From NCBI GenBank assembly GCA_029742005.1, contig GCA_029742005.1_4113.1: a stretch of 64,000 bases of DNA. One strand, written 5' to 3'. The translations under genes were made by a program, and so were the position numbers. The notes beneath the pieces are model-generated. The model made no database searches. It was not told the origin of the DNA and saw only the letters and a list, made by a program, of their open reading frames with translations. This document shows positions 53,803 to 63,571 of the stretch, piece after piece. This DNA is from a phage. The first letter of the stretch is position 1. Every line of letters begins with the position of its first letter.

Positions 53803-54348
53803 ATGAATGAGATAGAATTATTAGCACACAAGATTAGTACAATAATGCTTATCCTAAATAACAACCATCCTATATCGCAGATAGATGGAATCCTGAGTCA
53901 GAGGACAGGTGGTAGTTTATATTTGACATTAACAGAGGTTATCGCAAGGAATTACATTGATATTGAAATCGAGAACAGTGATGCATCAGGAAAGGTTGAT
54001 GTAGGTGCATTAATCAGTTCAAATCCAGTATCAGCATCCCCATTGACCAAAGGTGTTAGTACAGGATTCGAAGGGTATTTGTGGTACAATACCAATGATG
54101 ATTATTTTATATATCAGCATTCCAATACAAATTATGATGAAGACAAATTTCAGTTCATAGACCCTTATGATGAAGCTGAAGTATTTCAAAAATCATTAAT
54201 CACAAAACCGCATGAGATGATGTATCTAATGTTATTCAGTACAATGCATTTGAATCCATTAATTAAAGGTTTAAAATTTTATATTCAATTGAAATTAGTC
54301 CATGTAGTTTATGATTTATTAATGCAAGGATATAGTTATGAAGTATAA
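53803..54348 (+). CDS. FQ-motif family D protein
   Basis: ..YDEAEVFQKSLITKP.. Confidence 0.5.
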   Translation: MNEIELLAHKISTIMLILNNNHPISQIDGILSQRTGGSLYLTLTEVIARNYIDIEIENSDASGKVDVGALISSNPVSASPLTKGVSTGFEGYLWYNTNDDYFIYQHSNTNYDEDKFQFIDPYDEAEVFQKSLITKPHEMMYLMLFSTMHLNPLIKGLKFYIQLKLVHVVYDLLMQGYSYEV

Positions 54349-54655
54349 AATGCTTAATACAGTATCAGGGATATATGTAGAATTAGAATCCGATTATTCA
54401 GATGGATGGAATTTTATTAAACGACACGATAGAAATACATGGTACATGGCACATTTGGATAATGACGTAATAATAGATAATTTTGTCGATTTTAATACAT
54501 TATCAGAAGAAGAATTTTTCCAAATGCAATTTGTGCTTGATACAAATGGATTTGATTTGCTATTATTAAGGAATATTCAGAAAGCGGTTAATGAATTCAT
54601 AATCCAAAATAATTCAGGTAAAATGGGGATGTTCCATGATCTGGAAGTACAATGA
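54338..54655 (+). CDS. FQ-motif family D protein
   Basis: ..LSEEEFFQMQFVLDT.. Confidence 0.5.
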   Translation: MKYKMLNTVSGIYVELESDYSDGWNFIKRHDRNTWYMAHLDNDVIIDNFVDFNTLSEEEFFQMQFVLDTNGFDLLLLRNIQKAVNEFIIQNNSGKMGMFHDLEVQ

Positions 54656-55193
54656 AATTCAGTACACCTACGCTAATGCAATCCTTATGGGACAAAAGTT
54701 AGCTTGTATTGTTGCAGCCTTATATAATGCACAGAAAGATTACAAGCGTCATATCCACAAATGTATTGGTATTATTCCATCGAAGTACAATACATATATT
54801 GCGTGCACGAGTCATTTTGATAAACGATTCAATACACCTGATACCCCAAATGCCAGTAGTGTTATTGGTCTTTTGGATTTCGCACCTGGTGCTGTTATTG
54901 GAAAGAATGATTTAGAGTACACATGGTATAATAAAAATGCCCCGTTAGTAATGGGAAAATATGATACAGAAACGAACAAAACAATAGAGTACAATACATA
55001 TAAATCAGAGGAAGAATTTTTCCAAGGTTCATTGCTTGTACCAGTGCGTTTGTTGTTTTATAATGTCCTTATTAGTACAGTACACAATAGTCCATTACAC
55101 AAGAATCACAAAATTAATTTCAATTTTTGTGCTTATGCGATTGATGGTGTGTATGAGTGTTTAATGGAGGTATTGAGTTATGAAGCTGAATAA
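54636..55193 (+). CDS. FQ-motif family D protein
   Basis: ..KSEEEFFQGSLLVP.. Confidence 0.5.
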   Translation: MIWKYNEIQYTYANAILMGQKLACIVAALYNAQKDYKRHIHKCIGIIPSKYNTYIACTSHFDKRFNTPDTPNASSVIGLLDFAPGAVIGKNDLEYTWYNKNAPLVMGKYDTETNKTIEYNTYKSEEEFFQGSLLVPVRLLFYNVLISTVHNSPLHKNHKINFNFCAYAIDGVYECLMEVLSYEAE

Positions 55194-55521
55194 TACATTT
55201 GATATTAATAAGTTAAGAGAATGGTTTTATAGTATTGAAATTGAAGCCATCCCGTATCATAGATATGAACAATATAATTTAACCAGTATTGATATCCGTG
55301 AGTTGTACGCGTATTATCAAAGTGCATTAGAGATGCATAAGTTATTTTTGAGTACAGATTTTGTTATAAATTACAATTTTGAGGAATTTAATAATTATAA
55401 TTTAGTACAGAAATATGTAGTAGCAAAGTACATGTACCTTCAAGGAATTACAAGTAATTTGGAATTCAATACAGTCCTGGCTTTAGTTGAGGTAATTTTA
55501 TGCAGTACATGTATGATTTAG
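55180..55521 (+). CDS. hypothetical protein (array member, motif not evident)
   Basis: RBS GGAGG. Confidence 0.45.
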   Translation: MKLNNTFDINKLREWFYSIEIEAIPYHRYEQYNLTSIDIRELYAYYQSALEMHKLFLSTDFVINYNFEEFNNYNLVQKYVVAKYMYLQGITSNLEFNTVLALVEVILCSTCMI

Positions 55522-55895
55522 AGTTTAGTTTAGATGCTGCCTTTAAATTTGTTCACAAGATAGAAACAATATACAGTACATTATGTGCAATACAATCAGT
55601 ATCATCTGAGTTTGATGTTGGTGAAAAATATCAGGTATGGAATAATACATTTCTAAACAAAGAACGTTGCTCTACGGGGTTTAATATTTTAACATTTAAT
55701 CCCAGCAATTGTTACCCAGAGAAGCATGAACGTTATCCGAATGACGACATGTGGTTTGATTACACAAAAGATGGTGATATGTCATCCCTTGTAGTTCCTG
55801 ATGATTTTAATGCCGAAGATTTAACGGAAGAGTGGTGGTTTCAACAGAATTTAGTTCACGATGATATTGATTTATTTTTTTTATGTAGTATTTAA
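55500..55895 (+). CDS. FQ-motif family D protein
   Basis: ..LTEEWWFQQNLVHDDIDL.. Confidence 0.5.
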   Translation: MQYMYDLEFSLDAAFKFVHKIETIYSTLCAIQSVSSEFDVGEKYQVWNNTFLNKERCSTGFNILTFNPSNCYPEKHERYPNDDMWFDYTKDGDMSSLVVPDDFNAEDLTEEWWFQQNLVHDDIDLFFLCSI

Positions 55896-56022
55896 AATGC
55901 TTTATCACAACAATATATTAAAAGATAGTGTGTTTTTTTCATGTCTATATATTGATGATTTGTACAATGAAATCCAAATCAACATTCCCAGCACGCCTGT
56001 ATCGTAAGATATGGGCTTTTTT

Positions 56023-56050
56023 CGTTTTGGTATTGACAAAGAAGTGCAAA
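56023..56050 (+). promoter_or_regulatory. internal promoter TTGACA-16-TATCAT
   Basis: Consensus -35; precedes RBS AAAGGAGAA and GTG start. Confidence 0.45.
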
Positions 56051-56089
56051 GCTGTTATCATGTGTAATCATTTTAAAGGAGAACATATA

Positions 56090-56602
56090 GTGAGTTTCAT
56101 AATCCCAAGTACATACGAAGATGCATCAAGTGCAGTTCATAAGATTCATTATATTTTTAATTTAATTATTAGATCTGCAAAAATTAAAATGTATGCACCT
56201 CTTGTGGAATACGATAAAAATGAGGAAATTTTTGTTAGCACAGACCAAATTATTTTTCCATATTTCAATGAAGATAGATTGTGGTTCATGCATTTAGCTG
56301 CATTACAAAAATATAAAATGTCAATTCGTAATAATTTGGATATACCGTTATATCATCCTGATATTGGAGAGGATGAATATTTTCAGTACAGTACAGTACA
56401 CCGCCATGAAGATATCTTTGTTGCTATGCTTATTGCTAAATTGAATACCGTTGATTTGGAGCAGTACAAATACAATAATAAATCATGTAAGATCATAATC
56501 CCTGCATTCATAGCTCTTTATGATTATGTGGTGCATAACAAAAAAGATGATACATATGCTTTCAATGAAGAGTATTTGAATTTTTTTAAGGAGAACATAT
56601 GA
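56090..56602 (+). CDS. FQ-motif family D protein
   Basis: GTG start after AAAGGAGAA; ..IGEDEYFQYSTVHRHED.. Confidence 0.5.
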   Translation: MSFIIPSTYEDASSAVHKIHYIFNLIIRSAKIKMYAPLVEYDKNEEIFVSTDQIIFPYFNEDRLWFMHLAALQKYKMSIRNNLDIPLYHPDIGEDEYFQYSTVHRHEDIFVAMLIAKLNTVDLEQYKYNNKSCKIIIPAFIALYDYVVHNKKDDTYAFNEEYLNFFKENI

Positions 56603-57126
56603 GCAGTGAAGTGCTGAAATCAATGACATTCAATGAAATTGGTGCATTTAAAGATAAGATCATTGATTGCATTGAATACATGATTTGTAGTAATATCGAA
56701 AGTATTGAGATATTTAACAAGACAAATCGCTCTTACCATATGATGTACATTGCAAACAATAATGGTATCATTCCATTTATTTCGGATAGTACAATATGGT
56801 ACGCATGTGATACGAAAAAAACCACAATAGGTTTACATTCATTTGAGACACATTATGATCTAATTATTCCTGAACATTGTATGCAAGAAGAAGAATATTT
56901 TCAAATGCAATGTATACATTCACCATTAGTGTTGTTTAGTTTATATATTATACCTTATATCACCAAATGTGTTCATGAGAATAAAGCTCCGTGGAATCAT
57001 GAATTTGTATCGTTGAAGTTATTGTATAATGTATTAGTAGAATATTATGATTACAGGCACAATGGTACAATCAGTGATGTATGGGATTTTGAATCGCTAA
57101 GGGTGAAAACATACACAGGTGAATGA
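56599..57126 (+). CDS. FQ-motif family D protein
   Basis: ..MQEEEYFQMQCIHSP.. Confidence 0.5.
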   Translation: MSSEVLKSMTFNEIGAFKDKIIDCIEYMICSNIESIEIFNKTNRSYHMMYIANNNGIIPFISDSTIWYACDTKKTTIGLHSFETHYDLIIPEHCMQEEEYFQMQCIHSPLVLFSLYIIPYITKCVHENKAPWNHEFVSLKLLYNVLVEYYDYRHNGTISDVWDFESLRVKTYTGE

Positions 57127-57742
57127 TATGACCAGAATTAAAATGTATGATTTGATGCAGTACAGTAAAATTGCCATTCCAGTGCTTAATAAAGTGCTGG
57201 ATGCATTCATTGCCAAATACCCTGAGAATTCAGTGTTATGTATTCCATTTAGTGTTCCAGATAAAGATGATATATTCCAAGTGAATGTCAGTACACGTGG
57301 TATTACATTGCAGCAGAAATACATGGATACGGAATATTATGGAATAAAGTTGGATTCAGTACAGGGTTCAAAATCAGCCTATGATTTTTTTGTTCCTAAT
57401 AATATAGAGTCATGGGAAACAAACATTTCAAAGAAAGATGAAAATGATGTTCCTATTAGTGGTGTGTTCAACAATAAAGTTTTTTATTATTACGAAACCG
57501 ACAAATTCCCTGAAGAGTTATATTACAATTCAGAAATGATTGAAGATGTAGATGCATTCATGTTTCAATTATCGTTAGTACATGATATCATTGATGTTCA
57601 AGAGTTAAGAGCAGAAATCAATTTAGCTAAAGAGTTATCGGACATGCTGCCACCGTTTAGTATGCTTTTTTGTGAAGGAGGTTATTTTTCAAAAGAAGTG
57701 TTTGAACATTTCGTAGATGTTGTAAAAGGGTTGGATATATAG
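57119..57742 (+). CDS. FQ-motif family D protein (divergent)
   Basis: ..EDVDAFMFQLSLVHDIIDV.. Confidence 0.5.
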   Translation: MNDMTRIKMYDLMQYSKIAIPVLNKVLDAFIAKYPENSVLCIPFSVPDKDDIFQVNVSTRGITLQQKYMDTEYYGIKLDSVQGSKSAYDFFVPNNIESWETNISKKDENDVPISGVFNNKVFYYYETDKFPEELYYNSEMIEDVDAFMFQLSLVHDIIDVQELRAEINLAKELSDMLPPFSMLFCEGGYFSKEVFEHFVDVVKGLDI

Positions 57743-57743
57743 T

Positions 57744-57938
57744 ATGCTTACAGTTGATGTTAAACAAAAATACCGTAAGTTTGATTGGTTCACCGACAGT
57801 TTCCAGCTTGAATTATTACATTTGAATATCTGTGAAACATTATGTGCAGAAACACAAGATGAATTTGATGATAGAGTGCTTCACATCGTAGTTCTTTCTT
57901 GCTTTAAACATTTTGGTTATTTTTTCGGACAGAATTGA
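57744..57938 (+). CDS. small hypothetical protein
   Basis: 64-aa ORF. Confidence 0.4.
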   Translation: MLTVDVKQKYRKFDWFTDSFQLELLHLNICETLCAETQDEFDDRVLHIVVLSCFKHFGYFFGQN

Positions 57939-57946
57939 GGTAAAAA

Positions 57947-58465
57947 ATGCATCAACACAAGCATCATTCATATGATTTTGCAATTAACATTATGAAGTTC
58001 ATTCGAGCGTTGGAGGATGGGAAGCTTAGTCATAAGTACACCAAAGTGGGTGACAATTGGTTCAGAAATGATGATGATGAGTTCAGAAGTCATAAGATTG
58101 TTTACAGCAATAATTACAGTGCCAATTACCTACAAGATGTAGTGATGTGTTTTGAATACGTGTTACAGTTCAGGGGTTCCATCAGTCCTGAGCTAAGAGA
58201 ACACATGTACATTCGATACCTACCAATGCTTAAGGATGAGAAATCAATATTCAATTCAGTACACCACAGAGTACGAGAGAGAACATTCAGAGATATTTTG
58301 GAAGATGAAGCTGCCTATTTTCAGCAATCATTGATTGATGCTCCTGATGTGTTACAGATGCAGAATTTGTATAATGTATTAGATGCGAACATCGATACGG
58401 ATATCTTTTTTTCCTTAAGTGATTATGAAACATTTTTGGAAGATTTAAAGGAAATAGGATTATGA
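57947..58465 (+). CDS. FQ-motif family D protein
   Basis: RBS GAGGT; ..EDEAAYFQQSLIDAPD.. Confidence 0.5.
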   Translation: MHQHKHHSYDFAINIMKFIRALEDGKLSHKYTKVGDNWFRNDDDEFRSHKIVYSNNYSANYLQDVVMCFEYVLQFRGSISPELREHMYIRYLPMLKDEKSIFNSVHHRVRERTFRDILEDEAAYFQQSLIDAPDVLQMQNLYNVLDANIDTDIFFSLSDYETFLEDLKEIGL

Positions 58466-58806
58466 GTAGATTTTCAGTTTATATAGTAAACGTCAGTAAA
58501 GATGGTAGTTTAATTGAATTTGATGTAGTTGATAACAATGATAATTCATATGGTATTAAGGTACAGGACAATGATGTACAGTTCAGTACAAGGACAAATT
58601 TTGAGAATCCAGTCCAAGTTCCGAATTTCATAGAAGATGAAGCTGCACGATTCCAATACGAAACGGCCTTTGATAATTTAGCGATGCATATTATTATGCA
58701 AGAAAGTTTAGTTCAATTGCTTCAGGTATTCAGACAAAATATATATGTACATGAAGTGTCGATTAATGGCATTCAAAGTTCCGTTTTGTTCGGTACAAAT
58801 ATGTAA
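58462..58806 (+). CDS. FQ-motif family D protein
   Basis: ATGA overlap; ..EDEAARFQYETAFD.. Confidence 0.5.
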   Translation: MSRFSVYIVNVSKDGSLIEFDVVDNNDNSYGIKVQDNDVQFSTRTNFENPVQVPNFIEDEAARFQYETAFDNLAMHIIMQESLVQLLQVFRQNIYVHEVSINGIQSSVLFGTNM

Positions 58807-58816
58807 GGAAAGTACA

Positions 58817-59371
58817 ATGAGTTCAATGAGTTTATTAGATACATTAGAAAAAGACAGAAGTGCCATTAAGAGATTAAAAAATCTTGTCCAGAGCATTGCG
58901 AACAACGCTGAGAAGTTCAGTGACAATCTTAGTATAGGTGATATAACCAGTACAGGAATAAAATCCCTGAAGTCAGATTTATTAATTCATAAGGAAGATA
59001 AATTATTATTTGTATTGAGTTCAGATTTAATGGTTGCAAGTAATGGTTTCAATTCGATATCAACACAAGATGGTAGCACAGGATTATATCTATCACAGGG
59101 TGTCCAGACGAACGAACAGAAGTGTTTTAGTTCAGGAGTACAGAATCCCTTTAAGTTCAGTACAGAACAAGCTACAGAGCTTTTAGAGGCTTCAGAAGAG
59201 ATGTTATTTCAGTACAAAACGGTTCATACAGATTTTGAATTACGATGCATGTACGCTGTTAAGCATTATGTTCAGGAGTTCGAGGATTTAAGTTATCTTT
59301 TAGTTCGAACGAATACAAAGAACATTGGTGCATTAGAAGATTACATTTCAAAAGTTGTTAAAGGTTGTTAA
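58817..59371 (+). CDS. FQ-motif family D protein
   Basis: RBS AAGGAAAG; ..SEEMLFQYKTVHTDF.. Confidence 0.5.
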   Translation: MSSMSLLDTLEKDRSAIKRLKNLVQSIANNAEKFSDNLSIGDITSTGIKSLKSDLLIHKEDKLLFVLSSDLMVASNGFNSISTQDGSTGLYLSQGVQTNEQKCFSSGVQNPFKFSTEQATELLEASEEMLFQYKTVHTDFELRCMYAVKHYVQEFEDLSYLLVRTNTKNIGALEDYISKVVKGC

Positions 59372-59380
59372 AGGGTGCTG

Positions 59381-59542
59381 ATGAAAGAGTTATTTGAAGA
59401 ACAGTTCGATACATATGTGGATAATATTCTTTATTCTAGCCGTGCTAGTCAACGAGGAAATCGTGCTTACAACATAGATTACCTATTAACGGTGCTGAGT
59501 TCACAGTACACCTACGCTGTACAGAGGACATATTATGAATAA
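59381..59542 (+). CDS. small hypothetical protein (53 aa)
   Basis: ORF overlapping next start; weak RBS. Confidence 0.3.
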   Translation: MKELFEEQFDTYVDNILYSSRASQRGNRAYNIDYLLTVLSSQYTYAVQRTYYE

Positions 59543-59738
59543 TTTTAGAGATGTTGCAAAGGAGAAGTTCAAGTGCAGTTTAGATTACGGTTTAAATGAT
59601 TTTCTTACATGCACAATGTACAGGAATGATGATTATGAGCAATCCGTAATTTCGTTGCACAGATATTTCGAAATAATTTACGCAAGATATCTTAGAAGGT
59701 TAGAGGGAATAGGGGATTGGAATTATGATTACGTTTGA
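59535..59738 (+). CDS. small hypothetical protein
   Basis: 67-aa ORF. Confidence 0.4.
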   Translation: MNNFRDVAKEKFKCSLDYGLNDFLTCTMYRNDDYEQSVISLHRYFEIIYARYLRRLEGIGDWNYDYV

Positions 59739-59949
59739 AGAGCCGGAAGTGGTATATTGCTTTAGTGTGAAAGGTTTTGAATACATGATGGATTCGATTT
59801 TGAAGGATACATATTTGGTTCAGATTGCAGTTACAGATAATACAGATAATGCATTACAGCGTGTAATGAATATGTACGAGAAGACAAGTCGAAGGCTTTG
59901 TGCAATGAAAAGGATTGAAGAAATCAAGGTTTCTAGGCTGAATAAATAG
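59725..59949 (+). CDS. small hypothetical protein
   Basis: 74-aa ORF, RBS GGAATT weak. Confidence 0.4.
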   Translation: MITFEEPEVVYCFSVKGFEYMMDSILKDTYLVQIAVTDNTDNALQRVMNMYEKTSRRLCAMKRIEEIKVSRLNK

Positions 59950-60147
59950 AGACGTTTCATTTTGACAGGCCGCAGGGGGGTCAAAAAAATTTCCGCTGAA
60001 AAACATGCTAAGGTATATGTTTAATATAAAGTTTTATATTGTGTTTTTCAGAGTACAGTTCATGTTTCCTGAAACAAAAAAAATACCCCGCCACCGAACG
60101 TGCTCCTTATATTGGAGTTTACCTTATTAATTATAGTAGAGATTAAG

Positions 60148-60525
60148 ATGGAAATAAAATATAATGAATTTTGTGCAAGGACATGGATGTACACTGGTGA
60201 GTTAGTTACGCACTCTAACTTATACAAGGGTGATTTAAACTACGCTAGGGACAAGATTTTAAAGTACTGGAATGCTGACTTTTATTTGATGGATTTTAGT
60301 ACTGGGTTTAGGGGTAAAGCAACCGAGATGTTGGACTATACAGTACTTGATGATGCTGCACTGTTTCAGGAGGCATTAGTATTTGATAAGAAGTACATCT
60401 GTACATTAGAAGAGATGATTGAATTACAGCGTAGAATTAAATGTATTCACAGGGAATGTATAGATATCTGGTGCAGTACTGGTGAAGTTGATTTTTGTAA
60501 TCATTTCAATCTAGGGGAAGTGTGA
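60148..60525 (+). CDS. FQ-motif family D protein (LFQEALVFDKKYICT subgroup)
   Basis: ..DDAALFQEALVFDKKYICTLEEMIELQ.. Confidence 0.5.
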   Translation: MEIKYNEFCARTWMYTGELVTHSNLYKGDLNYARDKILKYWNADFYLMDFSTGFRGKATEMLDYTVLDDAALFQEALVFDKKYICTLEEMIELQRRIKCIHRECIDIWCSTGEVDFCNHFNLGEV

Positions 60526-60881
60526 TGGAATTTGATTTTTTAATATCAGTACATTCTTTTAAGCACAGTTTTCAGTACTTTTGTAATTTAAACAAAGGTG
60601 ATTTAATGCACAGTGCGAATGAGTATATTCATTTTACTGATGGTAAATTCTCATTTATTGATTACAGTTCATTAGATTTTCCATACACTGATATGCCGGA
60701 CTATACATTGATGGATGCTGGTGAACTATTTCAAGCTGCATTAGTATTTGACAAGAAGTACATCTGTACATTTGAAGAAGTAATTACTATACAAAATGAA
60801 ATGAAGGTGTATGCATCGTTGAATAAACCTAATGAATGTATTAATCAAGAATACAAATTCAATATAGGAATTCCAAAATGA
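60522..60881 (+). CDS. FQ-motif family D protein (same subgroup)
   Basis: ATGA overlap; ..DAGELFQAALVFDKKYICTFEEVITIQ.. Confidence 0.55.
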   Translation: MMEFDFLISVHSFKHSFQYFCNLNKGDLMHSANEYIHFTDGKFSFIDYSSLDFPYTDMPDYTLMDAGELFQAALVFDKKYICTFEEVITIQNEMKVYASLNKPNECINQEYKFNIGIPK

Positions 60882-61237
60882 CATATGATTATTCTATGTA
60901 CTATTATAAGTTACCTAAAGGATGGGACTTGTGCTGTAATCTTATTAAGGGAGACTCGGAACATGAGTTGAGTTTATATATGCACTACAAAGATTCTTGT
61001 TTTAAATTTATTCATGTATTACATGATGGCTATGACTATGAATCTGAGAGTCTTATAGATTATACAGTACTGGACGATGGTGAACTATTTCAGGAAGCAT
61101 TAGTGTTTGATAAGAATAAGTACTCCTGTACATTTGAAGAAATGGTTTCTTTGCAAAATGAAATGAAGAGATTTGAAAAAGAAAACGTATTTAATCCATC
61201 CCCATCAAGAACGAATAATTATTATTTCAATATATGA
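60878..61237 (+). CDS. FQ-motif family D protein (same subgroup)
   Basis: ATGA overlap; ..DDGELFQEALVFDKNKYSCTFEEMVSLQ.. Confidence 0.55.
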   Translation: MTYDYSMYYYKLPKGWDLCCNLIKGDSEHELSLYMHYKDSCFKFIHVLHDGYDYESESLIDYTVLDDGELFQEALVFDKNKYSCTFEEMVSLQNEMKRFEKENVFNPSPSRTNNYYFNI

Positions 61238-61246
61238 GATTATAAA

Positions 61247-61741
61247 ATGACATTACAGAGTTCATTGGAAAAAGCAAAGAAGATTCATGAGTACATGAAT
61301 ATGGCAAAAGAAGGTTCAGTTTACGGTGTTTTCAAAGACACAAGTACTCAATATTATGTGCCAGATAACCTCCTTTATAATGACTGCTCAGATACAGAAA
61401 CGTGCGTACTGGATACAGAAACGTGCATACTAGATACCGACCCTAATGATTATGAATGTTTCATTGATATGCATAATGAGTACATGGTCTATATTAATGA
61501 TGCAGATATTACCATATACAGTACTGACTGCGATTCCGATGACATTATAATTCCGAGTGAAGTACTAGAAGGTCAGTGGGATAGTGAAGAGTATTACTTC
61601 CAACAAAGTACTGTTTACGATGATGAAGTACTTGAAGTATTAGTTATTATGTGGTACTTTAAAAGTATTGGTTCTGGGAACTTCTATTTCGATTACAGAT
61701 ACGTAACGAAAACTGTAGATAACGGTATTAACAGGGGTTGA
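61247..61741 (+). CDS. FQ-motif family D protein (EEYYFQ/WYFK subgroup)
   Basis: RBS GAGATT; ..WDSEEYYFQQSTVYDDEVLEVLVIMWYFKSI.. Confidence 0.55.
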   Translation: MTLQSSLEKAKKIHEYMNMAKEGSVYGVFKDTSTQYYVPDNLLYNDCSDTETCVLDTETCILDTDPNDYECFIDMHNEYMVYINDADITIYSTDCDSDDIIIPSEVLEGQWDSEEYYFQQSTVYDDEVLEVLVIMWYFKSIGSGNFYFDYRYVTKTVDNGINRG

Positions 61742-61742
61742 A

Positions 61743-62213
61743 ATGAGTTTAGAAAGAGCATTAGAGATTGCGAAGTTAATTGATTTATGCAGCAAAGAAA
61801 TTGTATCAAATTGTCTCAATGGATATCTATTCAAGGAAGGTAAATCATATTGTCGAATGATATACGATGACAGTAGTGAATATATCCATATGTATGAAGA
61901 AAACTTAGATGATTCTGACATAGTACTCACAGGATGTGATGTTAATTTGGAAGATAATTACATGTACTTCTGCCGTGATGCTGATATTTTAATCCAAGAT
62001 TCATTAATTCAAACAGGTGCACCAGAGGTATATCTTCCGTATTCAGTACTGGATAATAACTGGGGTAGTGAAGATTACTATTTCCAGCAGAGTACTATAT
62101 ATAATGAAGATATACTTGACAAACTTGTTATTTCGTGGTACTTTCATAACACGGATTATAGTAGCTTCTACATAGACTTGGATCTACTAAGAGTACTTAA
62201 AGAGGATATATGA
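61743..62213 (+). CDS. FQ-motif family D protein (same subgroup)
   Basis: ..WGSEDYYFQQSTIYNEDILDKLVISWYFH.. Confidence 0.55.
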   Translation: MSLERALEIAKLIDLCSKEIVSNCLNGYLFKEGKSYCRMIYDDSSEYIHMYEENLDDSDIVLTGCDVNLEDNYMYFCRDADILIQDSLIQTGAPEVYLPYSVLDNNWGSEDYYFQQSTIYNEDILDKLVISWYFHNTDYSSFYIDLDLLRVLKEDI

Positions 62214-62650
62214 GTTTAGAAAGAGCACTAGAACTAGCCAACAAAATACATCAGTACTACGATAAAATAAAAAGTGGGTTCTATGGTGATAAAGTACATG
62301 CATATGGGAATGAATATTACCTCACAGGAGTAAAGAGATACTCTAATGATATTTTACTTATGGGTCATGATAAAGACTATACTATACAGTACTCTTCATG
62401 TAGTCAATATACTAGTTTTATGGTATATATTCCTGGTACTAAGATTACTTTTGACACATCAAATACACCTGTTGACTTTGAAGTGTTGGAAGGACCGTGG
62501 GGTACTGAAGAATATTACTTCCAACAGAGTCTCATTTTTAACCAAGAAATGCTTGATTCCTTGGTTGTGTTGTGGTACTTTAAGGAATTGAATTTTGAAC
62601 CATTCTTTCTTGACTGGGGATCATGTGAGTATTTAATTTCAGGGGAATAA
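62210..62650 (+). CDS. FQ-motif family D protein (same subgroup)
   Basis: ATGA overlap; ..WGTEEYYFQQSLIFNQEMLDSLVVLWYFK.. Confidence 0.55.
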   Translation: MSLERALELANKIHQYYDKIKSGFYGDKVHAYGNEYYLTGVKRYSNDILLMGHDKDYTIQYSSCSQYTSFMVYIPGTKITFDTSNTPVDFEVLEGPWGTEEYYFQQSLIFNQEMLDSLVVLWYFKELNFEPFFLDWGSCEYLISGE

Positions 62651-62652
62651 TA

Positions 62653-63141
62653 ATGTCATTACAAAGTGCATTGAAAGAAGCAAAGAAAATTCATGAGTTC
62701 ATGATTATGGTACAGGAAGGTTCAGTACCAGGTGTATACAAAACATCAGATACGGAATTCTTCGTTAAGGATAGAGATGATTATGACGATTCAGAGGTAT
62801 GTGCAGAAACATTAGTACTGCACACTGATACTGGTGACAGTGATAACTGTGAATATCATATGTACAATCAGTACATTAGTTATTGCCGTAATGAAGATAT
62901 TACCATCTACAACACAGATAGTGATGCTGATGACACTATCATTCCTTATTCAGTACTGGAAGGTCCGTGGGATAGTGAAGAATATTACTTCCAGAATAGT
63001 ACTATCTACAATGAAGAAGAACTGGATGTTATTGTGATTATGTGGTATTTCAAAAGTATTGACTCCAGTAGTTTCTATTTTGATTATGAATATGTAGAGA
63101 ATACAGTAGGAGAAGGTAATGTCATTACAAAGTGCTCTTGA
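62653..63141 (+). CDS. FQ-motif family D protein (same subgroup)
   Basis: ..WDSEEYYFQNSTIYNEEELDVIVIMWYFKSI.. Confidence 0.55.
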   Translation: MSLQSALKEAKKIHEFMIMVQEGSVPGVYKTSDTEFFVKDRDDYDDSEVCAETLVLHTDTGDSDNCEYHMYNQYISYCRNEDITIYNTDSDADDTIIPYSVLEGPWDSEEYYFQNSTIYNEEELDVIVIMWYFKSIDSSSFYFDYEYVENTVGEGNVITKCS

Positions 63142-63571
63142 AAAAGCAAAAGAACTACATGGATACTTTGAAGATATAAAGGCCGGAAAGTTCAAAGAAG
63201 TGTACAAAGCCGAGAACGGTAACTACTACAAAGATGAAATGTATAATAACTCCGTTGGTGTAAGGGTTATTCTTGGGTTGAATTCCAATAGTCCTATATC
63301 GTTTTCTGAATACAATAGAGATGCAGAATTTATTAGTTATGTTGAAAATGGTAGCATTCGTTTTATTAATAGACAAAAACCATTAATTTTGAATTATGAA
63401 GTACTGGATGGACAGTGGAATAGTGAAGAGTATTACTTCCAAAACAGTACTGTATATGATGATGAAGTACTTGAAGCATTAGTTATTATGTGGTACTTCA
63501 AGAGTGTTAGCTGTCCTCGATTTTATTTGGATTTCGAAGATCTTCGTAAAGATCCAGAAGGTATAGAATGA
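63119..63571 (+). CDS. FQ-motif family D protein (same subgroup)
   Basis: ..WNSEEYYFQNSTVYDDEVLEALVIMWYFKSV.. Confidence 0.55.
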   Translation: MSLQSALEKAKELHGYFEDIKAGKFKEVYKAENGNYYKDEMYNNSVGVRVILGLNSNSPISFSEYNRDAEFISYVENGSIRFINRQKPLILNYEVLDGQWNSEEYYFQNSTVYDDEVLEALVIMWYFKSVSCPRFYLDFEDLRKDPEGIE

